This document shows positions 8,309-17,288 of a stretch of DNA of 64,000 bases, piece after piece. Position 1 is the first letter of the stretch. Each line of letters starts with the position of its first letter. The notes beneath the pieces are model-generated. The model saw only the letters and a list, made by a program, of their open reading frames with translations, ran no database searches and was not told where the DNA came from. Made by a program: the position numbers and the translations under genes. The DNA lies in the sequence record NC_019407.1. One strand, 5' to 3'.

Positions 8309-8920
8309 TCAAGCGGCGTTCGTCACCAGGGTTTCCAGCCGGTCGAAGCCCAGATCGAGGCGGCCCCACATCGACGAGGGCGTATGCGGCTTGACCACCT
8401 CGGTGAACCGCGCGCGCTCCTTCAGATACATGCGGGCCATGGGGATGTTCGGCTGGCCGGTCGCCGGGTCCTTGATCGAGGCCTCGACATTGGCGATCCG
8501 GTCGGCGAGCTTGAGGATGCAGGCCTTGGGGTGCTCGCCCAGCTTGCGATAGATATCCTCGTTGCGGGCCTTGCGGTTGGGGCCGATGCCCGAGACCGCC
8601 CAGACCAGCGCCGCGACGTCCTCGCCGAACTTTTCCTTGATCATCTCCAGCCGCTGCTCGGGCGTCATGTCGAGATGGGTGTCCTCGATCACGTCGTGCA
8701 GCTTGGCGGCGGCCGTCCAGGTAAAGCCCAGGAAGCCGTAGTCGTCGAGGATGCGCTCGACCTTCTGGAGATGGTAGAGATAGGGCTGGCCGGCGTACTG
8801 CTGGTCCCCGTGGGCGGCGATGGCGAACTCCGTCGGGTCTTCCTGGCGCAGCGGCGCGCCCGGCGCCGTCGGAAGGCCCGTCAGGATGGAGGCGAGTTGG
8901 TCGAGCGAGGCGTCAGACAT
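8309..8920 (-). CDS. HD-domain hydrolase of the RelA/SpoT (Mesh1, small alarmone hydrolase) type
   Basis: AHGDQQY.GQPYLYH, LHDVIEDT, LKLADRIANV motifs; no synthetase domain. Confidence 0.82.
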   Translation of the reverse strand: MSDASLDQLASILTGLPTAPGAPLRQEDPTEFAIAAHGDQQYAGQPYLYHLQKVERILDDYGFLGFTWTAAAKLHDVIEDTHLDMTPEQRLEMIKEKFGEDVAALVWAVSGIGPNRKARNEDIYRKLGEHPKACILKLADRIANVEASIKDPATGQPNIPMARMYLKERARFTEVVKPHTPSSMWGRLDLGFDRLETLVTNAA

Positions 8921-9326
8921 GGGGCTTCTCGGAGATCGGGGTGAAGACTTCCAGGCCGTCGACGATCTGCATCAGATGCGTCGGCGGGTGGGCGGGATTG
9001 TAGCGGATGTAGCCGGCGAGGCCGCCGTCGATCATCGCCCCGCCCCGCTCCTTGTAGTCGTGCCGGAAGCGCGAGACCAGGAACGAGCCGTCGGGCATCT
9101 CGATCGCCGAGAACTGGGCCTGTCGGATCGAGGCCGCCGAGGTGATGTAGAGCCCGCCGCCCAGCGGATGGGTGAAGAGCCCGAAGTAGTTGTCGTGGCC
9201 CTTCTCGCGGTCCGGCGTCTCGGTGTAGAAGACGTGGAACGGCCCCTCACGATCGGGCAGGTCGTAATAGCCGACGTACTTGGCGTTGTAGTGCTTTTCG
9301 GCCCCGGCGATGTTGATGCTGCTCAT
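8913..9326 (-). CDS. Hypothetical protein, 137 aa (MSSINIAG...)
   Basis: ATGA overlap with the HNH stop at 9323-9326. Confidence 0.75.
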   Translation of the reverse strand: MSSINIAGAEKHYNAKYVGYYDLPDREGPFHVFYTETPDREKGHDNYFGLFTHPLGGGLYITSAASIRQAQFSAIEMPDGSFLVSRFRHDYKERGGAMIDGGLAGYIRYNPAHPPTHLMQIVDGLEVFTPISEKPHV

Positions 9327-9826
9327 GCGACCCTCAGGAATTCTCCCCAGGCGGGGAGCGCGTGCTTCAGATAGGCGGCGTGCGCCTCGTCCGGCGTCGT
9401 GTAGCACCCGAGATAGCGATACACCCCGTTGATCGTGACCTGGGCCTGGAACGGCTTCGTCTTGCTCCGGCTCTTGGTCACGCCCTTGGGAAGCGCGCCG
9501 ACGTTCGGGCGGTTCACGAGGTTCTGGGACCGCGTCGCCTTCCGGAGGTTCTTGATCCGATTGTTGCGCCGGTTCAAGTCCTTGTGGTCGACGTCGTGAT
9601 CGGGCATCACCCCGTGGTGGATCGCCCAGGCCACCTTGTGGGCGGCGATCTGAATTCGCCGGCCGCCATAGGAGACCTTCATCACCCGATAGCCGTCCTT
9701 GGTCACCGAGCCGCAGCGCTTGCGGGACTTGGAGCCCCGCACGGTGATGGCGCCGGTGGCGGGATCGTACTTGTAGCGCGCCCGGAGGAAGTCGACCGGG
9801 ATCGAAAACTCTGCATCCCCCGACAT
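9323..9826 (-). CDS. HNH homing-type endonuclease with a C-terminal AP2-like DNA-binding domain
   Basis: VDHKDLNRRNNRIKNLRKATRSQN and FQAQVTING..RYLGCY.T.DEAHAAY. Confidence 0.88.
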   Translation of the reverse strand: MSGDAEFSIPVDFLRARYKYDPATGAITVRGSKSRKRCGSVTKDGYRVMKVSYGGRRIQIAAHKVAWAIHHGVMPDHDVDHKDLNRRNNRIKNLRKATRSQNLVNRPNVGALPKGVTKSRSKTKPFQAQVTINGVYRYLGCYTTPDEAHAAYLKHALPAWGEFLRVA

Positions 9827-9830
9827 AGGA

Positions 9831-10070
9831 TTAGTCCTTCTGGGCGTGCCGCTTGAAGAGGAGGTAGAAGCCGTAGGCGACGAGCACCGGAATCCAGAGC
9901 AGGATCAGAGCCACGGTCTGACCGAGGGTCATGAAGAAGAACGCGGCCTTCCAGTCGTTGTTGTACTGGTTGTCGCGCACCGCGTGGACTTTCGGATAGT
10001 CGATCGCATAGCGGTAGCCGGCCCGCGCGAGACCCAGCAGCATCCCGATGATGAAGTAGAGATCGGTCAT
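9831..10070 (-). CDS. Small membrane protein
   Basis: Two hydrophobic segments. Confidence 0.7.
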   Translation of the reverse strand: MTDLYFIIGMLLGLARAGYRYAIDYPKVHAVRDNQYNNDWKAAFFFMTLGQTVALILLWIPVLVAYGFYLLFKRHAQKD

Positions 10071-10073
10071 GGC

Positions 10074-10340
10074 TTACTTCTCCGAGGCCTCGATCATCTT
10101 CTGGACGCCGGCGTTCAGCTTCTTGCGCAGGACCCAGAAGACCGGAATCCAGAACAGGGCGAACAGGCTGGCGGGCCAGAGGGCGCCGAGGACCAGACCG
10201 GTGATGAAGACGAACCAGCCGTAGATGCCGAATTCGTCGAGGGTTCTGATCCCCACCTCGCGGACGAAGGTCGGGACGATGGTCGCGCCGGCGACCCACC
10301 ATCCGATGGCCAGGAAAAGGCCGACGAGCCAGTAGAACAT
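10074..10340 (-). CDS. Small membrane protein
   Basis: Hydrophobic, with RBS AAGGAA. Confidence 0.7.
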   Translation of the reverse strand: MFYWLVGLFLAIGWWVAGATIVPTFVREVGIRTLDEFGIYGWFVFITGLVLGALWPASLFALFWIPVFWVLRKKLNAGVQKMIEASEK

Positions 10341-10642
10341 CAGGGTTGTTCCTTCTCAAGACCCACGTCAGGGTCGTATTTCAGGATGACGCCGTCCTCG
10401 TTACGGTGCTCCATCAGCGGGAACCCCGAGACGAACTGCGGCACGAAGAGGTCGCGGCGCGGCTGCTGGAGCCAGATCAGGCCGGTCTCGGCGACCACCG
10501 CGCGCTCGGCCGGGGTAAGCTCCCAGCAGGAGATCACGCCCTCGGGGCCGGTGTAGGTGTGGAGCGGCGCGACCGTGTCCTCGTTCCCCGGAGCGGGGTT
10601 CCAGACCTTGTTGGCGCCGGCGAAATTACGAGGAACGGCCAT
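10340..10642 (-). CDS. Hypothetical phage protein, 100 aa
   Basis: ISCWELTPAER...GLIWL pattern; coupled to neighbours. Confidence 0.7.
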   Translation of the reverse strand: MAVPRNFAGANKVWNPAPGNEDTVAPLHTYTGPEGVISCWELTPAERAVVAETGLIWLQQPRRDLFVPQFVSGFPLMEHRNEDGVILKYDPDVGLEKEQP

Positions 10643-10877
10643 CGGCGTTCTTGCCCTTGTTGACGAAATACCAGATCGCCAGGGCGATCAGGAAGCCGGG
10701 GACGCCCAGCGGCCATGCGATGGCCATGCCCAGCGCGGTGAAGAAGCCCAGCGCCACCGCGCCCGCCGCGTCGGCGAGCTTCAGGACCCCGGTGCGGCTT
10801 TCGTGCTTGATCGTCCAGATGGTCGCGACAAGGCCGCTGACCACGCCCAGGATGATCGAGAAGATGATGTAATTCAA
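10626..10877 (-). CDS. Small membrane protein (TTG start)
   Basis: TTGA overlap at 10874-10877; hydrophobic. Confidence 0.6.
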   Translation of the reverse strand: MNYIIFSIILGVVSGLVATIWTIKHESRTGVLKLADAAGAVALGFFTALGMAIAWPLGVPGFLIALAIWYFVNKGKNADGRSS

Positions 10878-11257
10878 AGCAGACCCGCCGCCTGCTTGGC
10901 GGCCTCCTTGGCGCGGACCTTGTCGGGAGACAGGCTCTTCACGCGGTTGATCTCGTCGGCCTCGCAGCCGTCGGCGCTGATGCCGAGATTTTCGCAGAGG
11001 GTGTAGAGCGACAGCAGCAGGCCGCCGACCTCTTCCTTGACCTCGCCGACCGGCCGGCTGTAGGTCCAGTGCGCCTGCCGGATCACGTCCTCCAGGCTCA
11101 GGCCCTGGGTCTGGACGAGTTCCATGCACTCCTCCAGGGTGCGGAAGGCCTGGATGCGCCGGTTGAAGACGCGGCCCGTCAGGACCTCCTCGACCCACTT
11201 CCAGCACCACGTCTGGCGCTTGGCCCGGTGCTCATGACAGGCGTCGACCTCGGTCAC
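10874..11257 (-). CDS. MazG-like NTP pyrophosphohydrolase (putative)
   Basis: LEECMEL...EEVGGLL..LYTLC..LGI pattern of the all-alpha NTP-PPase fold. Confidence 0.55.
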   Translation of the reverse strand: MTEVDACHEHRAKRQTWCWKWVEEVLTGRVFNRRIQAFRTLEECMELVQTQGLSLEDVIRQAHWTYSRPVGEVKEEVGGLLLSLYTLCENLGISADGCEADEINRVKSLSPDKVRAKEAAKQAAGLL

Positions 11258-11400
11258 GATTTTCTCCAGTCGAACAGCGCCCAGAAGGCTTGGCGGGTGT
11301 CCCTGGTCCAGGACCAGGGACGGATCGCCAGGATGGAAAGGACGAGGGCGGCGGCGAGATAGATCAGCGCCGCCCGCGCCACGATGTCGAGGAATCCCAT
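11254..11400 (-). CDS. Small membrane protein, 48 aa (MGFLDIVARAALIYLAAALVL...)
   Basis: Fills the gap between RtcB and the MazG-like gene; GTGA overlap; not in the ORF track. Confidence 0.6.
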   Translation of the reverse strand: MGFLDIVARAALIYLAAALVLSILAIRPWSWTRDTRQAFWALFDWRKS

Positions 11401-11403
11401 GGC

Positions 11404-12636
11404 CTAGCCCTTCACGCAGAGGACTTGCTTGAGGGTGTGGACGATGTCCACGAGGTCCTTCTGGGCCTCCATGACCGCGTCGATGTCCTTGTAGGCCATC
11501 GGGATTTCGTCGATCACGCCAGCGTCCTTACGGCACTCCACGCCCTCGGTGGCCTTGATCTGGTCCTCCAGGGTGAAGGTCGCCTTGGCCTGGGTCCGCG
11601 ACATCGTCCGGCCCGCGCCGTGCGAGCACGAGCAGAACGAGTCCGCATTGCCCTTGCCGCGCACGATGTAGGACTTGGCCCCCATCGAGCCGGGGATGAT
11701 CCCGAACTGGTCCTTCTGCGCCGACACCGCGCCCTTGCGGGTCACGAAGACCCACTCGTCGAAGTGGAATTCCTTCTGGACGTAGTTGTGGTGGCAGTTC
11801 ACCGCTTCCTTGTCCGTCTTGAACGGCGGCAGGCCCGACGCCCGCATGGCCTCCAGGACCCGGACCATCATCATCTCGCGGTTGATCCGCGCGAAGTCCT
11901 GGCCCCAGGCGACGGCTTCCACGTAGTCGTGGAACTCCGGTTCGCCTTCGCAGAGCCAAGCAAGGTCCTTGTCCAGCGGCTTGCGCCCGTCACGCCGCAG
12001 CATCATCTCCTTGGCCTTCTCGATGAAGATACGGCCGATGGTGTTGCCGACGCCGCGCGAGCCCGAGTGGAGCATCACCCAGACGCGCTGGTCCTCGTCG
12101 AGGCAGACCTCGATGAAGTGGTTGCCGCCGCCCAGGGTGCCCAGTTGGACCACGCTGTTGGCGTTCTTCAGCGCCGGGTACTTCTCGCAGAGCTTGTCGA
12201 ACCGCGCCTCCAGGCCCGAGTCGACCCACTTGCGCAGGATCGAGTTGGGGATGCCGCTGCGCCCGTTCCAGCCGCCCGACGGACCCGGCCCGCCGTGCGG
12301 GACGGCGTGCTCGATCAGCGAGCGAAGCTTGGACAGGCTGTCGGGAAGGTCCGACGCGGTCAGGCTGGTGCGGACCGCCATCATGCCGCAGCCGATGTCG
12401 ACGCCGACGGCGGCCGGGATGATCGCGCCCTTGGTCGGGATCACCGAGCCCACGGTCGAGCCGATGCCCATGTGGACATCCGGCATCAGGGCGACGTGCG
12501 AGTGGATGAAGGGCAAGGCCGCGAGGTTGTGGGCCTGGACCTGAGCCGGTTGCTCGAAGTTCACGCCGCGAACCCAGGCCTTGATCACCCCGCCATTCCA
12601 GCCGTTGATCTCTTCGTAATGGGTCTCGGCGGACAC
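11404..12636 (-). CDS. rtcB: RNA 3'-phosphate/5'-OH ligase RtcB
   Basis: MPDVHMG, GVDIGCGM, GTLGGGNHFIE, HSGSRG, HHNY, RKGA, PGSMG, SHGAGR, DEIPMAYK. Confidence 0.96.
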   Translation of the reverse strand: MSAETHYEEINGWNGGVIKAWVRGVNFEQPAQVQAHNLAALPFIHSHVALMPDVHMGIGSTVGSVIPTKGAIIPAAVGVDIGCGMMAVRTSLTASDLPDSLSKLRSLIEHAVPHGGPGPSGGWNGRSGIPNSILRKWVDSGLEARFDKLCEKYPALKNANSVVQLGTLGGGNHFIEVCLDEDQRVWVMLHSGSRGVGNTIGRIFIEKAKEMMLRRDGRKPLDKDLAWLCEGEPEFHDYVEAVAWGQDFARINREMMMVRVLEAMRASGLPPFKTDKEAVNCHHNYVQKEFHFDEWVFVTRKGAVSAQKDQFGIIPGSMGAKSYIVRGKGNADSFCSCSHGAGRTMSRTQAKATFTLEDQIKATEGVECRKDAGVIDEIPMAYKDIDAVMEAQKDLVDIVHTLKQVLCVKG

Positions 12637-12640
12637 GGCG

Positions 12641-12710
12641 GGCTCCTTCTGTGGTGTCGTGATTTACGACTTTTGACCATGCTCCTCGGACGGTGTCAAC
12701 ACTTCTTCAA
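12641..12710 (-). promoter_or_regulatory. Promoter dedicated to rtcB
   Basis: GTGTTGACA-N17-TCAAAA...ACGACAC...AGAAGGAG before the GTG start. Confidence 0.65.
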
Positions 12711-12879
12711 CGGCGGTGATCTGAATTTGCAGCAGACTGGCCGCCGGGTGGCTGGGCGGAAGAAGCGCCTCGGCCTGTTTCATCGCGTCCAGGGTGTCTT
12801 CCAGCGCGGCGCGGAAGGTGTTGCGCTGCTCGGTGGTGGCGCGGACGGCGGAGGGAAATTCGAAGATCATGGGGATCAC
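12664..12879 (-). CDS. Hypothetical protein, about 70 aa
   Basis: Between a terminator and rtcB; its 3' end contains the rtcB promoter. Confidence 0.55.
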   Translation of the reverse strand: MIPMIFEFPSAVRATTEQRNTFRAALEDTLDAMKQAEALLPPSHPAASLLQIQITAVEEVLTPSEEHGQKS

Positions 12880-12894
12880 CTTGAGGGGTACGCC

Positions 12895-12933
12895 AAAACG
12901 AAAAACGCCGGCGAGGATGGCTCGCCGGCGTTT
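12895..12933 (-). terminator. Intrinsic terminator after SPFH
   Basis: Perfect 13-bp stem AAACGCCGGCGAG/CTCGCCGGCGTTT with TTTTCGTTTT on the minus strand. Confidence 0.88.
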
Positions 12934-12964
12934 CCTAGTCCAGGGCGGGGCTAGAGCCGCCGCC

Positions 12965-13798
12965 TTACTTCACGTTGATGAACGGAATCGCGCCGGCGCC
13001 CATGGTCGAGGGCAGGTGGCCGTCCCATTTGTCGATCGCCCGCAGTTGGGCGACTTCCGGCGACGAGCGAACCGATTCAGCCAGCAGACGGTTGGCCTCG
13101 GCGGTGCCGCGCGCTTCTTCGATCTTGGCGTCAGCCTCGGCCTTGGACACCTGCACCCGCGCCTGGGCGGCCACGGTGTCGGCGTCGGCCTTGGTCTTGG
13201 CCTGGATCGAGTCGAGGATCACCTGCGGATAGCGGATGGCTCCGATCCAGTCGAGTTGGCTGATCGTCACGCCTTCCTTGGACCATTTGCGCTGCACCGT
13301 GGCGAGCGCCTTCTGGATCACGGCCTGCCGCCCGCCCTTGTAGAGGTACTCGACCGACACGAGTTCGGTTTCCTTGGCGATCGCCGAGCGGACGTCGTTG
13401 CGGATCGGCCCTTCGAACAGTTGATCGAAGGTCAGGCGGTACTTCTTGTACAGCGCCGGAGCGGCGGCCGATTCGACGCGCATGACGAGTTGGACGTCAG
13501 CGGTCATCGGCAGGGCGTTGTTGTCCGAGAACGTGACTTCTTCGTTCTCGGCGCCGCGCTCGTCGGTCTCGCGGGTGTAGGTGTAGGTGCGCTGGATCGC
13601 CGGGTAGTCGACGATCTTCTCGCCCAGGCCGTTGAAGTGCATGCCCGAGGCCAGCGGCGTCGGATCGACGCCCGAGCCGCCCATGGTGCGAATCTTCACA
13701 CCGATATTGCCCGGCTCGACGGTATGGAAACCGCAGGCCGACATGGTCGCCGCCATGCCCATCAGGGCGACGGCGGTCAGGAAGGACTTAATCTTCAA
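12965..13798 (-). CDS. SPFH/band-7/prohibitin-domain lipoprotein
   Basis: Lipobox MSAC; VEPGNIGVK...G, Ala/Glu-rich coiled coil AKAEADAKIEEARG.AEANR..AES, KWDG.LP. Confidence 0.88.
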   Translation of the reverse strand: MKIKSFLTAVALMGMAATMSACGFHTVEPGNIGVKIRTMGGSGVDPTPLASGMHFNGLGEKIVDYPAIQRTYTYTRETDERGAENEEVTFSDNNALPMTADVQLVMRVESAAAPALYKKYRLTFDQLFEGPIRNDVRSAIAKETELVSVEYLYKGGRQAVIQKALATVQRKWSKEGVTISQLDWIGAIRYPQVILDSIQAKTKADADTVAAQARVQVSKAEADAKIEEARGTAEANRLLAESVRSSPEVAQLRAIDKWDGHLPSTMGAGAIPFINVK

Positions 13799-14138
13799 GG
13801 GGTTGCTCCTTGCTTTGTTTCGGGGATTTGTGGAACGCTTTTGCGATGTCGCCAGCCAGCTTCATCGCGAACATCACGACCGTCGGCAGGCCCACGAACA
13901 GGACCGCGAAGGCCGCGAACGAGGCGCCGAGGAAGTGGGCTTCGGTGAGGGTCCAGGCAAAGCCCATGATGACCAGCGCGCCGGCCATGATCACGAGCAT
14001 CGGATAGACCGAGAGGCGGTAGAAGAGCCCCGGAAGGCGCTTGTCCTTGAGGGCCGCGCTGGGACCGCCCAAGGCGTTCACCAGGAAGAAGACCATCAGG
14101 ATCAGATAGATCGGGAAGAGCGGAAGGAAGAGCCTCAT
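13788..14138 (-). CDS. Membrane protein, 116 aa
   Basis: Three hydrophobic segments; ATGA overlap. Confidence 0.7.
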   Translation of the reverse strand: MRLFLPLFPIYLILMVFFLVNALGGPSAALKDKRLPGLFYRLSVYPMLVIMAGALVIMGFAWTLTEAHFLGASFAAFAVLFVGLPTVVMFAMKLAGDIAKAFHKSPKQSKEQPLED

Positions 14139-14872
14139 TGGGCGCGGCCTTTCAGGAGTTCGTTGACGCGATTGCGCAGGCTGTCGACCTTGTCCTGGCC
14201 CCCGAGGATGTCGGCGAGCAGGTTTTCGTCGACGCGGCTGAGCGCCCAGGCGAGATCGACCATCAGCGTCGTCTTCTGCTCGGTCGCGATGGCGACCTGC
14301 TCCTCGATCGCCTCGACGATCGCGGTGACGAGGACTTCCTGGCGCACGCGCCAGCAGCCGTCGTCGCCGGCATAGAACCAAGTCGAGATGATGTTGTCGG
14401 CGCGGCTGTTGTCGGCGATCTTGCGGGCGGCGTGGTAGGGGCCGTCATCGCGGCCGAGCACCGTGCCCAGGGCCAGGGCCGCCTCGATGTCCCTGAACCG
14501 GTTGGCGACCATGGGGAACCACGACTCGCGGTCCTTGAAGTCGTCGCGGGCGTTCTGGATGATCTGGAGGATCAGGGCCACGCGCTTGTCCGAGATCGGC
14601 CGGTCCTCGACCAGCCGGCGGGACGCCCACTTGACGCGTTCGAGCGGCGTGACCACCACCGGCGCGCCGGCGTTGAGCAGCAGCTTGGCGACCTCGTTCT
14701 CGTAGGACTCGTACTCGCGGCAGCGCGCTTCCAGGCGACGGATAGTGGCGCGGTCCTCGATCGCCTGCTTGGTCATGTCGTCCATGGCCTCGGTGGCTTC
14801 CCGAAGTTGCTCCTCCAAGGCCGCCACGCGCTGAACGACGCCGAGCGCCAGAGTTTCGGTCGCGTCGGGCAT
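14135..14872 (-). CDS. Hypothetical coiled-coil protein, 245 aa (MPDATETL...)
   Basis: Start overlaps the upstream stop at 14872. Confidence 0.72.
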   Translation of the reverse strand: MPDATETLALGVVQRVAALEEQLREATEAMDDMTKQAIEDRATIRRLEARCREYESYENEVAKLLLNAGAPVVVTPLERVKWASRRLVEDRPISDKRVALILQIIQNARDDFKDRESWFPMVANRFRDIEAALALGTVLGRDDGPYHAARKIADNSRADNIISTWFYAGDDGCWRVRQEVLVTAIVEAIEEQVAIATEQKTTLMVDLAWALSRVDENLLADILGGQDKVDSLRNRVNELLKGRAQ

Positions 14873-15159
14873 CAGGCCGCGAGCCCGCGCTGCTTCAAGG
14901 CGACGATCTGCTCGATCTCCTTGAGGATGTGGTCCGACAGGCGGTCGGTCCGTTCCTTGATGCCGGCCGGGACGCCGATCTTGCACTGACCGATCTCGTG
15001 CAGGCGGTCGGAGACGGCCTTCAGGTCGATCAGGGTGTCGCTGATCAGCACCTCGGCGAGGCCGATGGCCTCGGTCTGGATGGCGGCGATCCGCTGGGCG
15101 GTGGTCTGCGCCGATTGGCCCGCGACGAGGGCCAGGGCGGCGTTGTTCTTCTGGGTCAT
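14872..15159 (-). CDS. Hypothetical protein, 95 aa
   Basis: First gene after the promoter at 15212; SD AAGGAG. Confidence 0.8.
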   Translation of the reverse strand: MTQKNNAALALVAGQSAQTTAQRIAAIQTEAIGLAEVLISDTLIDLKAVSDRLHEIGQCKIGVPAGIKERTDRLSDHILKEIEQIVALKQRGLAA

Positions 15160-15162
15160 GGA

Positions 15163-15230
15163 GTCTCCTTCGTTGTCGTCGGGCGTGACTTCTAGTTGGG
15201 TTCCTGGAGGCTGTCAACACTTTCGCTCAC
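15163..15230 (-). promoter_or_regulatory. Conserved promoter
   Basis: GTGTTGACA-N17-TAGAAG-N9-ACGACAACGAAGGAG. Confidence 0.85.
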
Positions 15231-15482
15231 CGGCGCGGCACCGTAGTGCGCGACCAGGACAAGCCGGGCGCCGCAGGCGACCAGCGCGCCGCGCGCGTCG
15301 TAGATCAGCCGTCCGGCCTCCTCGCCGTTCTTGTCCAGGATGATGGCCTCCCTGGCGTAGGTCGGCTTGCCGCTCTTGCCCCGCTGGATGCGGATCGGGG
15401 GATCATCCGTGCCGCGCTTGGTGTTGCGGTCGATGACCTGCCGGTTGATGTTGAGGACGCAGGTCTTGCGGGTGATCTTCAT
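15192..15482 (-). CDS. Hypothetical protein, 96 aa (MKITRKTCVLNINRQVI...)
   Basis: ATGA overlap at 15479-15482. Confidence 0.7.
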   Translation of the reverse strand: MKITRKTCVLNINRQVIDRNTKRGTDDPPIRIQRGKSGKPTYAREAIILDKNGEEAGRLIYDARGALVACGARLVLVAHYGAAPVSESVDSLQEPN

Positions 15483-15787
15483 TTGGCGGCGGCCTCCATC
15501 CTGAGGGTGATGATTTCCTGGCGCAGGCGCTCGTTCTCGCTCCGCATCCGTTCGAGAGGATCGGTGATCGCCCGGACGCGCGCGTCGATCAGGGCCTTCT
15601 CCTCGGGCGAGCGCCACTGGTAGCCGTGATAGAGGGCGCTCAGCAGGTTGACCTTGCCGCTGCCGGCGACGATCTTGCCCCGCGTCTTGAGCCATTCCGC
15701 CGCCGCCGCCTCATGCAGGAGCCAGGGCGTGGGATGCAGGGGAAGCAGGCGCGCCGGGATCGGCGCGCCATGGTGGTCCAGGATCAA
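15479..15787 (-). CDS. Hypothetical protein, 102 aa
   Basis: Coupled to neighbours. Confidence 0.65.
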   Translation of the reverse strand: MILDHHGAPIPARLLPLHPTPWLLHEAAAAEWLKTRGKIVAGSGKVNLLSALYHGYQWRSPEEKALIDARVRAITDPLERMRSENERLRQEIITLRMEAAAK

Positions 15788-17205
15788 ATCAGCGCTCCTT
15801 GGCTCGGATCGGCCGGCGCGTAGACGGCGCGGTTGATGGTGGTCTCCGGCTCGCCCGAGCGCTTGTTGGCGCCGTGACGCTTGATCGTGGCCCGGATGGC
15901 GTAGCGCTTGCCGGCCTCGGGACGGTACTTGCCGGTGTGGAAGTTCACCACCGCCGAGCCGTCATCGCAGCGGATGGCCACGATGCAGGTCGTCTCGCCG
16001 AAGTCGTTGGTGTAGAGGTTGGTCCGCACGACCTCGCCCACGAAGTCCACGCGCTGGCCCTCGGCGGCGTCGAGGTGCTTGGCAGGAGGGCGCTGGGGAG
16101 CGTCGGCCTTCTTGCGGGCGTCCTCCTCGCGCTCCAGGGCGCGGCCGACCGACAGACCGACAGCGGCGACGATCACCCCGATGCGCTTGACCAGGACGAA
16201 ATCTTCCTGGGCGAGCACCATCTTGATGTTCTCGTGGAACGGATTGCCCGGCTTCAGCGAGCGGATGTAGTCGGTGAAGCCCTCGCGGTCGAATTCCGGC
16301 TCGAAGCCCTTGTAGGAGTCGATGATCTCCTGGTTGCGCTTGCGCTCGTAGTCCGACAGGCCATAGCCCCGGTTGCCGAACATCAGCAGGCCGACATGCT
16401 TGCGCGAGTCTTCCTTGCTGTAGCCGCCGAGCCGGCGCGCCACGCGGTACGAGGTCCGCAGGAGTTCGCCCAGATCGACGTACTCCTCGCCCTTGCGCCA
16501 GCCGCCCGGATCACCCTTGAAGTTGTTCAGGTCATCCCAGAACGACAGCATGCGGACCGGATCGGCCCCCATATAGGCTTTCAGGCACGAGGCCCCGATC
16601 ATCTTGATCCCGTCGGCGGTCTCGCAGACGAAGGTGTGTTTGCGGCGCTGGTTGACGCCGCAGTGGGCGCACTCGCCAGCGTGTACACGCATCCCTTCCA
16701 CGACGTCGTTGGCGGTCTTGTCGACCAGCTTGAGGTAGTGCCCCGTCTTCTCGGCGGCTTCGTAGATGCCCAGGACGCGGCCCTTCTCGCCGACCATCGG
16801 CGGAACCGACAGGGTGATCTCGATGCGGCGCACCACCATGGCCTCGTCGCTCAGATAGGGCGAGGGAATGTCGACCACCTTGCGCTCCAGGACCTCCAGG
16901 GTCTGGGCGCCGTGGGCGGCCCGCTTCTGGAGCTTGGCCAGCAGGCGCATGAAGCGTTCCTCGACGGCGAAGCCCATCATGAAGGTCAGGACGGCTTGGC
17001 CGTCGCGCACGCCTTCCTGGGCCTCCCACATGGCGGTCCGGTGAGCCTCGCGCTCCTGCTCGCCCTCGAAGATCGACACGCCCCTGGCGGTCACGACCTC
17101 GACGCCGTCGACCAGCACGCTGGCCTGATCGGCGACCGTCTCGGGACGCTCACCGTAGGTTTCCAGCATGTAGTCCTGGTAGCTGCCTTCGAATTCGCCA
17201 AACAT
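15784..17205 (-). CDS. Hypothetical protein, 473 aa, with a central Cys motif and a putative C-terminal OB-fold
   Basis: CAHC...RR..TF....IGASCL; C-terminal beta-rich FVGEVV...YAIRATIKRH...TTINR; first gene after a promoter. Confidence 0.8.
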   Translation of the reverse strand: MFGEFEGSYQDYMLETYGERPETVADQASVLVDGVEVVTARGVSIFEGEQEREAHRTAMWEAQEGVRDGQAVLTFMMGFAVEERFMRLLAKLQKRAAHGAQTLEVLERKVVDIPSPYLSDEAMVVRRIEITLSVPPMVGEKGRVLGIYEAAEKTGHYLKLVDKTANDVVEGMRVHAGECAHCGVNQRRKHTFVCETADGIKMIGASCLKAYMGADPVRMLSFWDDLNNFKGDPGGWRKGEEYVDLGELLRTSYRVARRLGGYSKEDSRKHVGLLMFGNRGYGLSDYERKRNQEIIDSYKGFEPEFDREGFTDYIRSLKPGNPFHENIKMVLAQEDFVLVKRIGVIVAAVGLSVGRALEREEDARKKADAPQRPPAKHLDAAEGQRVDFVGEVVRTNLYTNDFGETTCIVAIRCDDGSAVVNFHTGKYRPEAGKRYAIRATIKRHGANKRSGEPETTINRAVYAPADPSQGALI

Positions 17206-17210
17206 GATCG

Positions 17211-17277
17211 GCTCCTCTCGCTGTCGTGAGGGAGCTTGTACGGGCTCACGCCGATGCTGTCAACACTCTAACGCCAA
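17211..17277 (-). promoter_or_regulatory. Conserved promoter with an SD-occluding hairpin
   Basis: TTGGC-N6-GTGTTGACA-N17-TACAAG; GCTCCCTC-ACGACAGC-GAGAGGAGC. Confidence 0.85.
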
Positions 17278-17288
17278 CAAAAGAATCG

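Noticed and set aside
17258-17277. TGGC...TTG upstream box as a sigma54 (-24/-12) promoter
   Set aside because: Sigma54 needs TGGC-N7-TTGC; here the spacing is TGGC-N9-TTGAC and a proper sigma70 -10 follows
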